Below are positions 9,566 to 19,867 of a stretch of 64,000 bases of DNA, piece by piece. The notes beneath the pieces are model-generated. The model did not search any database, was not told the origin of the DNA, and saw nothing but the letters and a program-made list of their open reading frames with translations. Each line of letters begins with the position of its first letter. Positions within the stretch are counted from its first letter, which is position 1. The position numbers were made by a program, and so were the translations under genes. Origin of the DNA: Candidatus Levyibacteriota bacterium. GTDB taxonomy: Bacteria > Patescibacteriota > Microgenomatia > Levybacterales > UBA12049. The stretch spans positions 268,104 to 332,103 of the forward strand of contig OY970292.1 of assembly GCA_963716145.1 (NCBI GenBank), given 5' to 3'.

Positions 9566-10219
9566 ATGAGTCAAGAAGCAAAAGTATTAACAGGTATAGG
9601 AATAGTTACGATTCTAATAATAGGATTTGGTGCTTTTTTCCTTGGGGGTAGTTCTACCCCTGAGAAACCTGCTCCTCCGGCAGATGCCAAAGTCTTAGTC
9701 CGCCCAGACAGCCATAAAGAGACATCGCCGTCCGCTAAAGTGATTCTTGTTGAATTTGGGGATTTCCAATGTCCTGCTTGTGGTGCTTCATATCCGATTG
9801 TAGAGCAGCTTCTTCAAGATTACAAAGGTAAAGTCAATTTTGTGTTCAGAAATTACCCTTTACCTATACATCCGAACGCTATGATTGCCGCCGAGGCCGC
9901 GGAAGCGGCAGGAGCTCAAGGAAAATACTTTGAGATGTACCAGGCGTTATTTTCTAACCAAAAAGAATGGGCGGAAAGCAAAAACCCACTGGAGATTTAT
10001 CTAAAGTATGCAAAAAATATCGGACTTGATACAGATAAATTTAAAAAGGAAGTTGAAGATAAAAAGTACGAATCAAGAATTAAAAAAGACCAGTCTGACG
10101 GCAACGCGCTTGGTGTAAATTCCACGCCCACATTTTTTATAAATGGAATAAAACAAACCGGCGGCCTGCCATATGATCAATTTAAAGTAAAAATAGATGA
10201 CGCACTTAAAAGTAAATAA
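9566..10219 (+). CDS. DsbA-family thiol:disulfide oxidoreductase (thioredoxin fold)
   Basis: 217 aa. N-terminal TM anchor. FGDFQCPACG active-site CxxC motif. Confidence 0.8.
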   Translation: MSQEAKVLTGIGIVTILIIGFGAFFLGGSSTPEKPAPPADAKVLVRPDSHKETSPSAKVILVEFGDFQCPACGASYPIVEQLLQDYKGKVNFVFRNYPLPIHPNAMIAAEAAEAAGAQGKYFEMYQALFSNQKEWAESKNPLEIYLKYAKNIGLDTDKFKKEVEDKKYESRIKKDQSDGNALGVNSTPTFFINGIKQTGGLPYDQFKVKIDDALKSK

Positions 10220-10228
10220 TTTAATAAA

Positions 10229-10747
10229 TTAAGGATTGAACTTGGAGTTTTTCTTAACCAGCTTTACAGTGCTTACAATCTCCATTATTTTTCCGTCTCT
10301 TGTCTCAATTTGAGTTGCGCCGGTTTTTTCCTTGTAATCCGCCACCAGATCTGAAAGAGTTTTATTTTTTTCGCTGATGTCTATTCTCAAATCCTTAACT
10401 TTCTGAGCCAAAAGAGCAACAGAGGGTTGTGAGCCGATTTGTTTTTTAACAGAAAGCTTTGCTTTTACAGCTTCTTTAGCTTTCTCCGAGTTCTCTCTGT
10501 AAATAGGATCATTTTCAAAAGAGTCTTCATACATTTCTCTTTGTGCTTTTAATTCTTCACGTAACTTTGCAATTGATTCAATATGGTTTTGGATCAGTTC
10601 ATCAAGACTAATCACAACAGCCGCTTCATCCGAACCGTTAACAGCAACGTTTGACGCAGCCGAGTTTGACTCGGACGTTGCATCTCCTACTTCATTATCA
10701 ATCGCGTCTGACGCGACTGCTTCGATAACCTTGTCGTCTTGATCCAT
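10229..10747 (-). CDS. hypothetical acidic coiled-coil protein
   Basis: 172 aa, D/E-rich with heptad-like segments. No recognisable catalytic motif. Confidence 0.4.
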   Translation of the reverse strand: MDQDDKVIEAVASDAIDNEVGDATSESNSAASNVAVNGSDEAAVVISLDELIQNHIESIAKLREELKAQREMYEDSFENDPIYRENSEKAKEAVKAKLSVKKQIGSQPSVALLAQKVKDLRIDISEKNKTLSDLVADYKEKTGATQIETRDGKIMEIVSTVKLVKKNSKFNP

Positions 10748-10816
10748 AGATCATTAACTATACTAGAGATTACGTAGCCAAGCAAGCGGCAAAATGTCAT
10801 CTGTTATAATGATTTT

Positions 10817-11446
10817 ATGAGCAAAGAGGAGAAGGTAAAAGAGATAATAAAAAGGTTGTTAAAAGTGTATCCAAATCCAAAAACTGCTTTACAGTTTTCA
10901 ACCCCACACGAATTACTTATCGCGACAATCCTTTCCGCTCAAGCCACTGATAAGCTTGTAAATCTTGTAACTCCAGAGTTATTTAAAAAATATAAATCTA
11001 TCAAGGATTTTGCGGATGCACCGGTTGAAGAAATTGACGCAATGGTTAAGCGTGTAAATTTTCACTTCAACAAATCAAAGTCCATAAAAGGGGCAGCTCA
11101 AATGATTATGCAAAAATTTGGAGGAAAAGTACCTGACAACATGGAAGATTTGGATTCTCTACCCGGAGTTGCTCGCAAAACTGCCAACGTTGTTTTGGGA
11201 AATGCTTTTCATATCGCCGCGGGGGTAGTTGTAGATACTCACGTTATGCGTTTGAGCCGCAAGCTGGGACTGACTGATCAAACTGATCCAGTAAAGATTG
11301 AACTCGATATTATGAAAATTGTCCCAAAAGATAAGTGGATCGATTTTTCTCATTTGTTGATCAACTTCGGCCGTGAATTTTGCCCAGCCCGGCCTCATAC
11401 ATGCGGCGACTGTCCTTTGGGTGATTTATGTCCGGATACGAATTAA
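10817..11446 (+). CDS. nth: endonuclease III
   Basis: 209 aa. HhH-GPD region (GVARKTANVVLGNAF) and C-terminal 4Fe-4S cluster CPARPHTCGDCPLGDLC. Confidence 0.9.
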   Translation: MSKEEKVKEIIKRLLKVYPNPKTALQFSTPHELLIATILSAQATDKLVNLVTPELFKKYKSIKDFADAPVEEIDAMVKRVNFHFNKSKSIKGAAQMIMQKFGGKVPDNMEDLDSLPGVARKTANVVLGNAFHIAAGVVVDTHVMRLSRKLGLTDQTDPVKIELDIMKIVPKDKWIDFSHLLINFGREFCPARPHTCGDCPLGDLCPDTN

Positions 11447-13313
11447 TTGGAGTTTGTTTGCGCCTTCATTCTTCTTGCCTCAACTTCATCTAAGATTGTT
11501 TTTCGCATTCTGACATTTTTTGGTGTAACTTCAACCAGTTCATCATCACTTATGTATTCCAGAGCGTCCTCAAGCGTCATCACACGCGGAGCGTCAAAAT
11601 GATCAGCTTTCCCATCTCCTTTTGAGCGCATATTTGATAATTGCTTGGTTTTACAGACATTGACACTCATATCTTCTGATCGGGAATTCTCACCAATTAC
11701 CTGTCCTTTATAGACTGGCACTGCTGAGCCGATAAATAATGTTCCTCTTTCCTGAGTATTTAGAAGCCCGTATAAATTACTCACGCCTGTTTCGTGTACC
11801 ACAAGAGAACCATGTTCGCGTTTCATTGGCTCACCTGAGTCTTCATCGTATTTATAAAAAGTTGTGTTGATTATTCCCAATCCTCTTGTATCTGTAATAA
11901 ATTCAGATCTATAACCAAAAAATGCGCTTGTTGGAATAATAAATTGAAGATAAACAATATTATTTACATCAGTTGTCATATCTTCCATTATTGCTTTACG
12001 AAGCCCCATTTTTTGCATGACAACCCCTGAATAATCTTGAGGCGTCTCAATAAAAATCCGCTCAAAAGGAGCCATCTTTTTGCCATCAACCACTTTTAGA
12101 ATAACTTGCGGACGTCCTACTTGAAATTCATATCCTTCACGCCTTAATCTTTCAATAAGTATTGCCAGATGCAGCTCTCCGCGGCCCGATACCATCCATG
12201 TTCCATCAGGCTGATCCTCAACTCTTAATGCTGTATCTGTCTCAAGTTCCTTATGCAGCCTTTCGTTGATTTGCCGTGAAGTTTTGAATTCCCCTTCTTT
12301 GCCTGCAAAAGGGGAGTCGTTTACTCTGAAAACCATTCTGACAGTTGGTTCTTCAATTGCCAATAATGGCAACGCGATCGGCTCTTCAACAGAAGCGATG
12401 GTCTCTCCAATAGTTATATCCGGAATTCCTGAAATTGCTATGATATCCCCGGCTGACACCTCTTTTGCGTCAACTCTTTCAAGTCCTTTAAAAGTCATAA
12501 GGGATGTTAAGCGGTATTTTTTCTGAACACCTTGTCTATTTATGTGAATTACATCCTGCCCGGACTTAACTGTTCCGTTATAAACCCTGCCTGTCGCGAT
12601 TCTGCCCTTATAGTCATCTCTTGAGAGAGTGGTAATAAGTATTTGTAGTGGTTTTTCAGCATCCCCGCTTGGTGGCGGCACATTCTTCAGAATTGAGTCA
12701 AAGATTGGGAAAATATCTGTCATTTTTGAAAGATCATCCTCAAGTCCTGCTTTTCCTTCTTTTGCTGAAGCATATACAATGGGAAAATCAGCAGTATCAT
12801 CATCTGCACCAAGTTCTATAAAAAGATCCAAAGTTTTATCGAGAACTTCGTGAATCCTGGCATCGGGCCTGTCAATTTTGTTGACAACTACGATTATTTT
12901 CAATTTTTTCAGCAACGCGTGCTTGAGAACGAACCTCGTCTGCGGCATAGGACCTTCTTTCGCGTCTATTAGAAGTAAGCATCCATCTGCCATGGTAAGA
13001 ACACGCTCAACTTCTCCACCAAAATCTGCATGCCCCGGGGTATCAATAATGTTTATTTTGTAGAATCTTGTCCTGAGCTTGCTGAAGGATTCCAGTCAAC
13101 AGAGGCATTTTTGGAAAAAATTGTAATTCCTCGCTCTTTTTCAAGCTCATTACTATCCATGATCAGATCAGTTCCTGAAACTTCTTTATTGAGATCTGTT
13201 TTTGATTGTCGCAAAAGTGCATCAACCAGAGTGGTCTTTCCGTGGTCAACGTGGGCTATAATTGCGACATTTCTGATATTCATAATAAATAACCTCGCAC
13301 TTCGCGAGGCCAC
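11443..13313 (-). CDS. typA: translational GTPase TypA/BipA, split by a 1-nt frameshift in this assembly
   Basis: N-terminal ORF 13053..13313 carries the G1 motif ([12 protein letters not shown]). C-terminal ORF 11443..12993 continues [15 protein letters not shown]...NKIDRP...C-terminal BipA domains. Adding one A to the A4 run at 13056-13059 restores a continuous BipA frame. Confidence 0.85.
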
Positions 13314-13351
13314 ATAATCTTACCATTTTAAACCCAAAATAGCAATAAAGT

Positions 13352-14377
13352 TTACTCCGGTAGAAAACTGTATTGGTATTTAAGAAAATCCTTTACGTTT
13401 TTTGCTTCAAGCTTATCTGTCTGTAAAAGTTCAGACATTTTTACAAAAGTGAAACCTTTTTTCTTCAATTCTGTGATTATATTCGGAAGCGCGTTGGCTG
13501 TCTCAGGCTCATTGGGAAATCCATTCATATGCAGAACAATTATTGAACCGTTTTTAACATTTTCAATCACATTATTTTCAATAAACTGACGGTCAGTATT
13601 AAAGCCGTCTTGTCCTTCTGCATCCCATTGTATGGGCAAAACTCCTGCTTTGGACGCAATATCAAGATCTTTCTGCGAGTAACAACCACCGGGAAAACGA
13701 AACGATTTATTTTCAACGCCTGTAATTTCTTTTAATAACTCTTGGGTTTTTTCTATTTCTAACTTATCTTGATCATCATTTGAAGGTAGTAGGCCGTAAC
13801 AGTCTCCATCAAAGGACGGATGAGAATATGAGTGATTAGCAAGCTCAAATAAAGAATTATTTGCCAAACTCTTGGATAACTCCCGATAGGCCTCAATCCA
13901 CATGCCTGCTAGGAAAAGAGTTGCCTTTGTATTCGTTTCAGTCAATATGTCGATTATTCGTCTATCATAGTAACTAGCGACAGCTCCTGACTCAAGGTTT
14001 TGTTTCATTTCAGGAGTCATATCCGCGTCAAATGTTAAAGCCAGTTGTTTCATGCCCCGATATCCATGGAAAATAATTCTATTTCTATTTGAAGAAAATA
14101 AAATTGGGCGGTCTTTTTTTACTTTCCCCAAAATCGGGCTCACCTTCTCAAGAAAAGGTGAAGTCTTTGTATAATATGAATTATCATAAAATAGCATTAC
14201 CAATCCTTTGCCAGCTCCAAAAACAACAAGAAAAGTTAAAAGCAAGAAAGCAATTTTTTTGATTAAGTTATATGGAAAAATTAATCTTGGTAATTTCTTT
14301 CTGGCAGGATATGAAAGGCTAATCTTGAGCGTAATTCCCAGGAAGTCAATTTTTTTACTTTTAGTTATTCGCTTCAC
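13352..14377 (-). CDS. polysaccharide deacetylase (NodB homology domain)
   Basis: 341 aa. TM anchor. TFDADM and NHSYSHP motifs of the CE4 family. Confidence 0.8.
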   Translation of the reverse strand: MKRITKSKKIDFLGITLKISLSYPARKKLPRLIFPYNLIKKIAFLLLTFLVVFGAGKGLVMLFYDNSYYTKTSPFLEKVSPILGKVKKDRPILFSSNRNRIIFHGYRGMKQLALTFDADMTPEMKQNLESGAVASYYDRRIIDILTETNTKATLFLAGMWIEAYRELSKSLANNSLFELANHSYSHPSFDGDCYGLLPSNDDQDKLEIEKTQELLKEITGVENKSFRFPGGCYSQKDLDIASKAGVLPIQWDAEGQDGFNTDRQFIENNVIENVKNGSIIVLHMNGFPNEPETANALPNIITELKKKGFTFVKMSELLQTDKLEAKNVKDFLKYQYSFLPE

Positions 14378-14410
14378 AGGAGTGAGTATAGGTTATGGCA
14401 GCAGTCTAAA

Positions 14411-15226
14411 TCAAGAGGCACTTCTCACAATTTCTGCACTCTCCAACAAACCTTTTAAATCTGTCTCTATCTCAAGCGTTAAAAGTCCCTGATAGTTTTC
14501 TTTTTTTAAAGTAGTTATAAATTCAGCAATGGGCAGCTGTCCTTTTCCCAAAGCCATATGCTTATAACGCATCGGGCGAAGCGAGTTATTAAGATAGTGG
14601 GGTTTATAATCGCTAAAATGAATGTTTATTATCCGATCGGCGTTTTCCTTAAAAAAGGAAACAATATTTCCTCCTGCTTGTCCCAAGTGACAAGTGTCTA
14701 GAGTTATATAAAAATCATTCTTTTTTAGAATCTCTGCAAATTTTTGCTCATGCCAAACGCTTGGTTTCATAATTGATCCTGCATGCTTTTCCATATTTTC
14801 AAATCCGATTTTGATGTCATATTTCTTTTGAAGTTCATGAATTTCTTCTATATACTTTTTGTTAAATATTTGTTTTTTTGCGGAATTCATATGCAACACA
14901 ATAACTTTTACAGAAAGATATTTAGCAACCTCAAATAATTTTCTTACTTCAGGCATGCGGGTTTTTGTAACAAAACGCAAATCTTGATGAATACTAAATA
15001 TTTCTATTTTGTTTACAGCTGTGATATTTCTTAAATCTTCAAGATCATGTTCATTTACGAAATTGGGGACTAGAACCTCAACTCCCTCAATCCCTGATTT
15101 TTTCATTTCTGAGAATACTTTTTCCGCTGATAAATTACCGAATATTTTATTTTTTACGACTTTATGGAATAATCTTCTTTTTTCAGGAAGTATGTCTGTT
15201 AAGAACAATAATACTGATGTTTTCAT
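14411..15226 (-). CDS. sugar phosphate isomerase/epimerase (xylose isomerase-like TIM barrel)
   Basis: 271 aa. IGFENM...LDTCHL...IHFSD pattern typical of AP-endonuclease-2 / xylose-isomerase-like TIM barrels. Confidence 0.6.
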   Translation of the reverse strand: MKTSVLLFLTDILPEKRRLFHKVVKNKIFGNLSAEKVFSEMKKSGIEGVEVLVPNFVNEHDLEDLRNITAVNKIEIFSIHQDLRFVTKTRMPEVRKLFEVAKYLSVKVIVLHMNSAKKQIFNKKYIEEIHELQKKYDIKIGFENMEKHAGSIMKPSVWHEQKFAEILKKNDFYITLDTCHLGQAGGNIVSFFKENADRIINIHFSDYKPHYLNNSLRPMRYKHMALGKGQLPIAEFITTLKKENYQGLLTLEIETDLKGLLESAEIVRSAS

Positions 15227-15267
15227 AGCTTAATTATAGCTGATTTTCTATGTCAATTTTTCGAATA

Positions 15268-16797
15268 CTAAGCTTCATATCCCGGGAAGAAGTCGGCTTT
15301 GTATTTTATCTTTCCTTTTCCTATTTCCTGAAGTAGGTCTTCATACGCCATAACCATTGGCTGTGGTCCTGAAATATAGAATAAATTGGATAAAAAGTCA
15401 GGAACGTATTTTTTAATTATATCCATATTCAGCCGTCCTGTTTCGCCTTTCCAGTCTTTAGGCGGATTGTCGCTGACAACATATATCGTCTTCACACCAA
15501 AGGCTTCCGCTTTTTTAAAAAGGTCTTTGTAGGCAAATTCCTTTGTATCTTTGGCAATATAAAATAAAGTAATCGGAAAAGTGAGATTTTTATCAACCAT
15601 ATACTTTATTATGCTTCTAAAAGGTGTAATTCCTATTCCTCCAGCTATGAATGCATATTCAGTCTTCGTGTCTTTATCCAGTATAAACTCTCCCTCAAGA
15701 TTTGTGGCGTAAATTTCACTTCCTTGTTTTAATTTAAGAAGAGCATTCTTAAAACTGCTTGGTTTTTCAGGGATTTTAACGGCAAGTTTTATTCTCTTCT
15801 CACTGGGACTTGAAGCAATTGTAAAGTATCTTCTGTTTCCACGGGAGTCAGTGTGAGAGTGGGGCAAGCTCCACTCCAAGTATTGTCCCGGAACAAAAGA
15901 AACCGGCCTTGTAGATTCAAAGATGAACTCCCAGATCGAGCTTGCTATCTCTTTTTTTTCCTGAAGAACCAGACTATATTTTTCACTAAAACTGACTATC
16001 CGGAAAATTAGATTCGCGCTCAGTAGGGAAAGCTCGAGAGTATAATAAACATTTAAGAATGTTGAGTAAAAAACATAAATAAATCCTGAAAAGATTCCAA
16101 AAAATATTCTCATTTTTCTATTTGCAGGACTGGTTATCGGCTCAGTCAGCATGACGAAGATGAAAAAAAGGAGTGGTGGAGACAAAAAAGCGCTTTGTAA
16201 TAAATCAGGTATCCCTGAAAATCCCGCAGACTTGAAACTAAATGCAGCCAGAAATAGCGCGTAGCTGAGGACAAAACTTGTAACCAGATGAAACCTCCGA
16301 AGTTTGCGAAGCATCAAAAATCCCCCAATAGCTATAAAAGGAAGCATTATCTTGTCCCCAATCCACCAGCTGGCACCTTGCCCAATTGCAATAGCGGTTA
16401 TAACAACTGCAAAAGCCGCGGGATTAAAAATGTGTTGCTTTTTGTAAGCAATAACATATTTTGAAGCCATAGCGATAAATGCAGCCAGTGAAAGGAATAG
16501 TGTGTTTGATAAAAGAGGCAAGGGACCCACAATTAGGGCCAAGATTAGGCCAGTTATTAACTGAGATTCATAGTTTGGTCTTGTCTTGTATATTCGCGAA
16601 AATAGCTGGTTTGTTAAGAAGCAAATCAAAACCAAATATAATCCTGAAGCAAGCAGATCAATGAAGTTATATGGAAGAAATTTGCCAAAACTCAAAACAA
16701 CTGTAAGCGAATATAAAACAGTGAGGTAATAAAGCATCAGGCGATACATCGTCACTTTATTTAGAAGATTATCAATCGGTTTTAGAAGACTTTGCAC
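15268..16797 (-). CDS. membrane-bound FNR-like oxidoreductase (polytopic N-domain + FAD/NAD(P)-binding C-domain)
   Basis: 509 aa. About eight TM helices, then RRYFTIASSP (RxYS FAD motif), IAGGIGITPFRS (NAD-binding GGxGxxP) and YISGPQPM (CGP-like). Confidence 0.6.
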   Translation of the reverse strand: MQSLLKPIDNLLNKVTMYRLMLYYLTVLYSLTVVLSFGKFLPYNFIDLLASGLYLVLICFLTNQLFSRIYKTRPNYESQLITGLILALIVGPLPLLSNTLFLSLAAFIAMASKYVIAYKKQHIFNPAAFAVVITAIAIGQGASWWIGDKIMLPFIAIGGFLMLRKLRRFHLVTSFVLSYALFLAAFSFKSAGFSGIPDLLQSAFLSPPLLFFIFVMLTEPITSPANRKMRIFFGIFSGFIYVFYSTFLNVYYTLELSLLSANLIFRIVSFSEKYSLVLQEKKEIASSIWEFIFESTRPVSFVPGQYLEWSLPHSHTDSRGNRRYFTIASSPSEKRIKLAVKIPEKPSSFKNALLKLKQGSEIYATNLEGEFILDKDTKTEYAFIAGGIGITPFRSIIKYMVDKNLTFPITLFYIAKDTKEFAYKDLFKKAEAFGVKTIYVVSDNPPKDWKGETGRLNMDIIKKYVPDFLSNLFYISGPQPMVMAYEDLLQEIGKGKIKYKADFFPGYEA

Positions 16798-16823
16798 AAA
16801 CTTATTGTAGCAAATAATAGAAG

Positions 16824-18041
16824 TTAATCAACAAATGTTACCGCGGAGCCAACTTTTCCGGCTCGTCCGGTTCTTCCGATTCTATGTACGTAATCTTCAT
16901 AAGTTGCCGGAACATCGTAATTAATAACGTGTGAGACATCATCAATATCCAACCCGCGGGATGCGACATCAGTTGCCAGAAGAACCTGAACTGCGCCTTG
17001 TTTGAAATCTGTTAATGCACGCTGTCTTTGGCCCTGAGACTTGTTGCCGTGAATTGCTGTTGCCCTAAATCCACGCTCAATTAACATTTTTGTCAGTTTT
17101 TCAATTCCGTATTTGGTTCTGCCAAAAATCATTACCTTATCATACCCTTCCATCGCCAAAAGATCGTGCAGCTGGTCAACTTTTTCCCCGGGTTTTACCT
17201 TTATAATGTCCTGATTTATATTTTCAGCTGTTTCAGCTGTTTTGACTGATACGGTAACCGGATCTTTGACAAAAGAGCCAAGTATTTCACGCGTTTGTCG
17301 GTCAACTGTTGCTGAGAAAAATAATGATTGCCTGGGGCTTGGGAGTAAGGCCACCATAAATTTAATATCTTTTATAAAACCAATATCCACCATTCTATCA
17401 ACCTCATCCAGCACCACGTTTCTAAAGTTATATAGATTCAAATTTTTTCGCTGGATAAGATCTTTTAATCTTCCCGGCGTACCGATAACGAATTGCGGAT
17501 TTTGGCGAAGCCTCTGAACTTGGCGGAACATTGAGGAACCACCGATTGAAAGAACACTGGAAATATTCATGCCGCGGGAAAAGGCAATTAGCTCTTCATT
17601 TATTTGAAAAGCTAATTCACGGGTGGGCGTAACTATTAGAAAATGCTCGTTTCTGTTCTGTATAGCTTTTTCGATAAGCGGAATCAGAAATGCTGCTGTT
17701 TTGCCTGTTCCGGTGTTGGCAATTCCGATTACATCACGACCCTCAAGAATAGGCAAGATTGTCTGATCTTGGATTTGAGTAGGAACAATGTAACCTTTAT
17801 CAATTATATTTTTCTTAAGTGATCCTGAAATTTTGAAGTCAACAAATGAATTTACAGCCTTATACGGCTCGACTGTTCCTATTTCAACCGCCTTACTGAC
17901 AAAGCGGTTTATGTCAATTTTTTCGCCGGGATTATTATTTCTACCTCGCGGACTAAACCTGTTTCTGAAACCAGAAGGGTTATTGTTTTGGAATTTTGAA
18001 CGCCCAGAAACGGATCGTGAATTATTATATTTTTTATACAT
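16824..18041 (-). CDS. DEAD-box ATP-dependent RNA helicase
   Basis: 405 aa. RG-rich N-terminus, Q motif, GTGKTAAF (motif I), DEVD box, SAT, HRIGRTGRAG (motif VI). Confidence 0.9.
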   Translation of the reverse strand: MYKKYNNSRSVSGRSKFQNNNPSGFRNRFSPRGRNNNPGEKIDINRFVSKAVEIGTVEPYKAVNSFVDFKISGSLKKNIIDKGYIVPTQIQDQTILPILEGRDVIGIANTGTGKTAAFLIPLIEKAIQNRNEHFLIVTPTRELAFQINEELIAFSRGMNISSVLSIGGSSMFRQVQRLRQNPQFVIGTPGRLKDLIQRKNLNLYNFRNVVLDEVDRMVDIGFIKDIKFMVALLPSPRQSLFFSATVDRQTREILGSFVKDPVTVSVKTAETAENINQDIIKVKPGEKVDQLHDLLAMEGYDKVMIFGRTKYGIEKLTKMLIERGFRATAIHGNKSQGQRQRALTDFKQGAVQVLLATDVASRGLDIDDVSHVINYDVPATYEDYVHRIGRTGRAGKVGSAVTFVD

Positions 18042-18205
18042 ATTTATAAGATGTGAAATGGAAATTATTTGGCAGAGAATGTTTAAGCTTTTCCGTCTCT
18101 TTTAGGAGCGATCAAAAATACTTAAACCTTTTGAGGTAAACGCAGCTGATGCTCTAATCTATTTCAACTTTGTATATTATACCAGATTAAACAAGAAATA
18201 GCAAT

Positions 18206-19348
18206 TTACTTGAGGGATTTTAGGATCTGTTTTGAGGCTCTTTTTACCTCTGCATTGCAGGCAATAACAGCCAGTAAAGTAACAATCGGAACGACAAGAA
18301 CAAGCCCCATTGACCCTGCTAGAGTCCTGACAATCTCATCACTTATATCCTCACTATTTACCATCACCCAGAAAGGTAGTTTTTGTGGATTGAGGATTAT
18401 AAATAGAAAAAGCGCCAGGGAACTACCGGCGTAAGCAAGAACAAGCGTATTCACCATTGAAACAACATGCTCCCGTCCTATTGAAAAACCTTTGGAAAAA
18501 AGTTTTTTAAATGTTAAAGTGGCATCTGTTTTTGCCAATTCAAAAACAGCAGCCGCTTGCGTGGTAGTAATATCATTAAGAGCTCCCAATGTTCCTATAA
18601 TAACCCCTCCAAGAAGAAGACCTTTAAGATTAATCATACTCGTTTGACCAAATTGCAGGGTTGATGATTCTTCATTAAATCCACTCAAATGAGCAAAGTT
18701 TACAAAAAGATAGGACAGAAAAGCAGTCAGCATTAGTGAAATAAATGTGGAAAATAGCGCAATAGTAGTTTGCTTGGAGACTCCGTGTGCCAGATAAGTG
18801 GTAAGTAGAAGTATAGCTAGTGAACCATAAATACTTGTCAAGAGGGGATCAGCTCCATGAAGAATTTGGGGGACAATGTAAAAAAATATTATGCTCAAAC
18901 TTATCGCAAGACCAACCAATGATCCAAGTCCTTTCCAGCCGGCAATTGCTACAACGACCACAAAAAATACCAGAAAAAGATAAAGCAGAGAATTTATGCG
19001 GTATGTGTCATAAACCTGGTAACTAAATTTTTTGTTTTGGTCCTGAACTTGAGTAACCACAATGGTCTGTCCTTCGCTCACAGTCTGCTGTGGCGTAAGA
19101 GTCGTTTGCAATCCGCTTTCAATTTTTATAATTTTACCTTTATCTTTTCCCTCCAAAACTTGCACTGATATTTTCTGATAACGGTTTTTTGCACCATTTG
19201 TTTCTTTTGTCCCCTGACTGTCGATTTTTAGCACTTTGGCTTTTGCAAATTCCTGCTGGGGGAGAGATTGCTTCGACTGAGCAAGAGCGGGGGAAACAAA
19301 TCCAATGGAAAATAAAATAACCAACAATAATGAAATAATTAACTTCAT
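18206..19348 (-). CDS. YibE/F-like integral membrane protein
   Basis: 380 aa. Signal peptide plus extracytoplasmic N-domain followed by about eight TM helices. Organisation matches the YibE/F family. Confidence 0.5.
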   Translation of the reverse strand: MKLIISLLLVILFSIGFVSPALAQSKQSLPQQEFAKAKVLKIDSQGTKETNGAKNRYQKISVQVLEGKDKGKIIKIESGLQTTLTPQQTVSEGQTIVVTQVQDQNKKFSYQVYDTYRINSLLYLFLVFFVVVVAIAGWKGLGSLVGLAISLSIIFFYIVPQILHGADPLLTSIYGSLAILLLTTYLAHGVSKQTTIALFSTFISLMLTAFLSYLFVNFAHLSGFNEESSTLQFGQTSMINLKGLLLGGVIIGTLGALNDITTTQAAAVFELAKTDATLTFKKLFSKGFSIGREHVVSMVNTLVLAYAGSSLALFLFIILNPQKLPFWVMVNSEDISDEIVRTLAGSMGLVLVVPIVTLLAVIACNAEVKRASKQILKSLK

Positions 19349-19395
19349 TTATGTATTTTATTATAACCTATTGAGACTGAGTTTCAAAATACTGC

Positions 19396-19436
19396 TTGAC
19401 AAATGCAAATCAGTTGCATATACTAAATGCAACTGA
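19396..19436 (+). promoter_or_regulatory. sigma70-type promoter (TTGACA-17-TATACT) overlapped by palindromic Fur-family operator
   Basis: TTGACA at 19396-19401 and TATACT at 19419-19424. The inverted repeat ATGCAAatcagTTGCAT lies in the spacer and a second AAATGCAACTGA copy overlaps +1. Directly upstream of the zur-like gene. Confidence 0.5.
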
Positions 19437-19867
19437 ATAACTTTATGAATATAGATCACGACTGTAAAGTTGAATTAAAAAATGCAAATTTGAAGATTAC
19501 TCCGGCCCGCTTGGGGGTACTGAAAGTATTAGAGAACGCGGAAACTCCCCTTGATATAGCAACAATTACCAGTTATCTAAAAAAACAAAAAATAAAAGCT
19601 GATAAGGTTACTGTTTTTAGAATAATTAATGCTTTCACGGAAAAAGGGATTGTTAAATCAATTCACTTTAACGAAGGGAGACTTCGATTTGAGCACGCGG
19701 GAGCCGCTGACCATCACCATTTCATTTGCGAAAAATGCGGTCATATTGAAGACATTTCAGATTGCCATATTGACCAGCTGGAAAAAGAGATAAATAATAA
19801 GAAAGGATTGCTTATCAAAAGACACTCACTTGAGTTTTTTGGAATTTGTAAATCATGTCAACTCTAA
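19427..19867 (+). CDS. zur: Fur-family metalloregulator (likely Zur)
   Basis: 146 aa. Winged helix, HHHF metal-site motif and two CxxC pairs. Forms an operon with a ZIP transporter. Confidence 0.85.
   Translation: MQLNNFMNIDHDCKVELKNANLKITPARLGVLKVLENAETPLDIATITSYLKKQKIKADKVTVFRIINAFTEKGIVKSIHFNEGRLRFEHAGAADHHHFICEKCGHIEDISDCHIDQLEKEINNKKGLLIKRHSLEFFGICKSCQL

Noticed and set aside
11443-13313. Calling typA, ilvA, thrS, pheT, PBP1A and GT4 pseudogenes
   Set aside because: Every disruption is a 1-nt change in a homopolymer and several of the genes are essential. A systematic sequencing artefact is the more parsimonious explanation, so they are annotated as CDS with a frameshift note.
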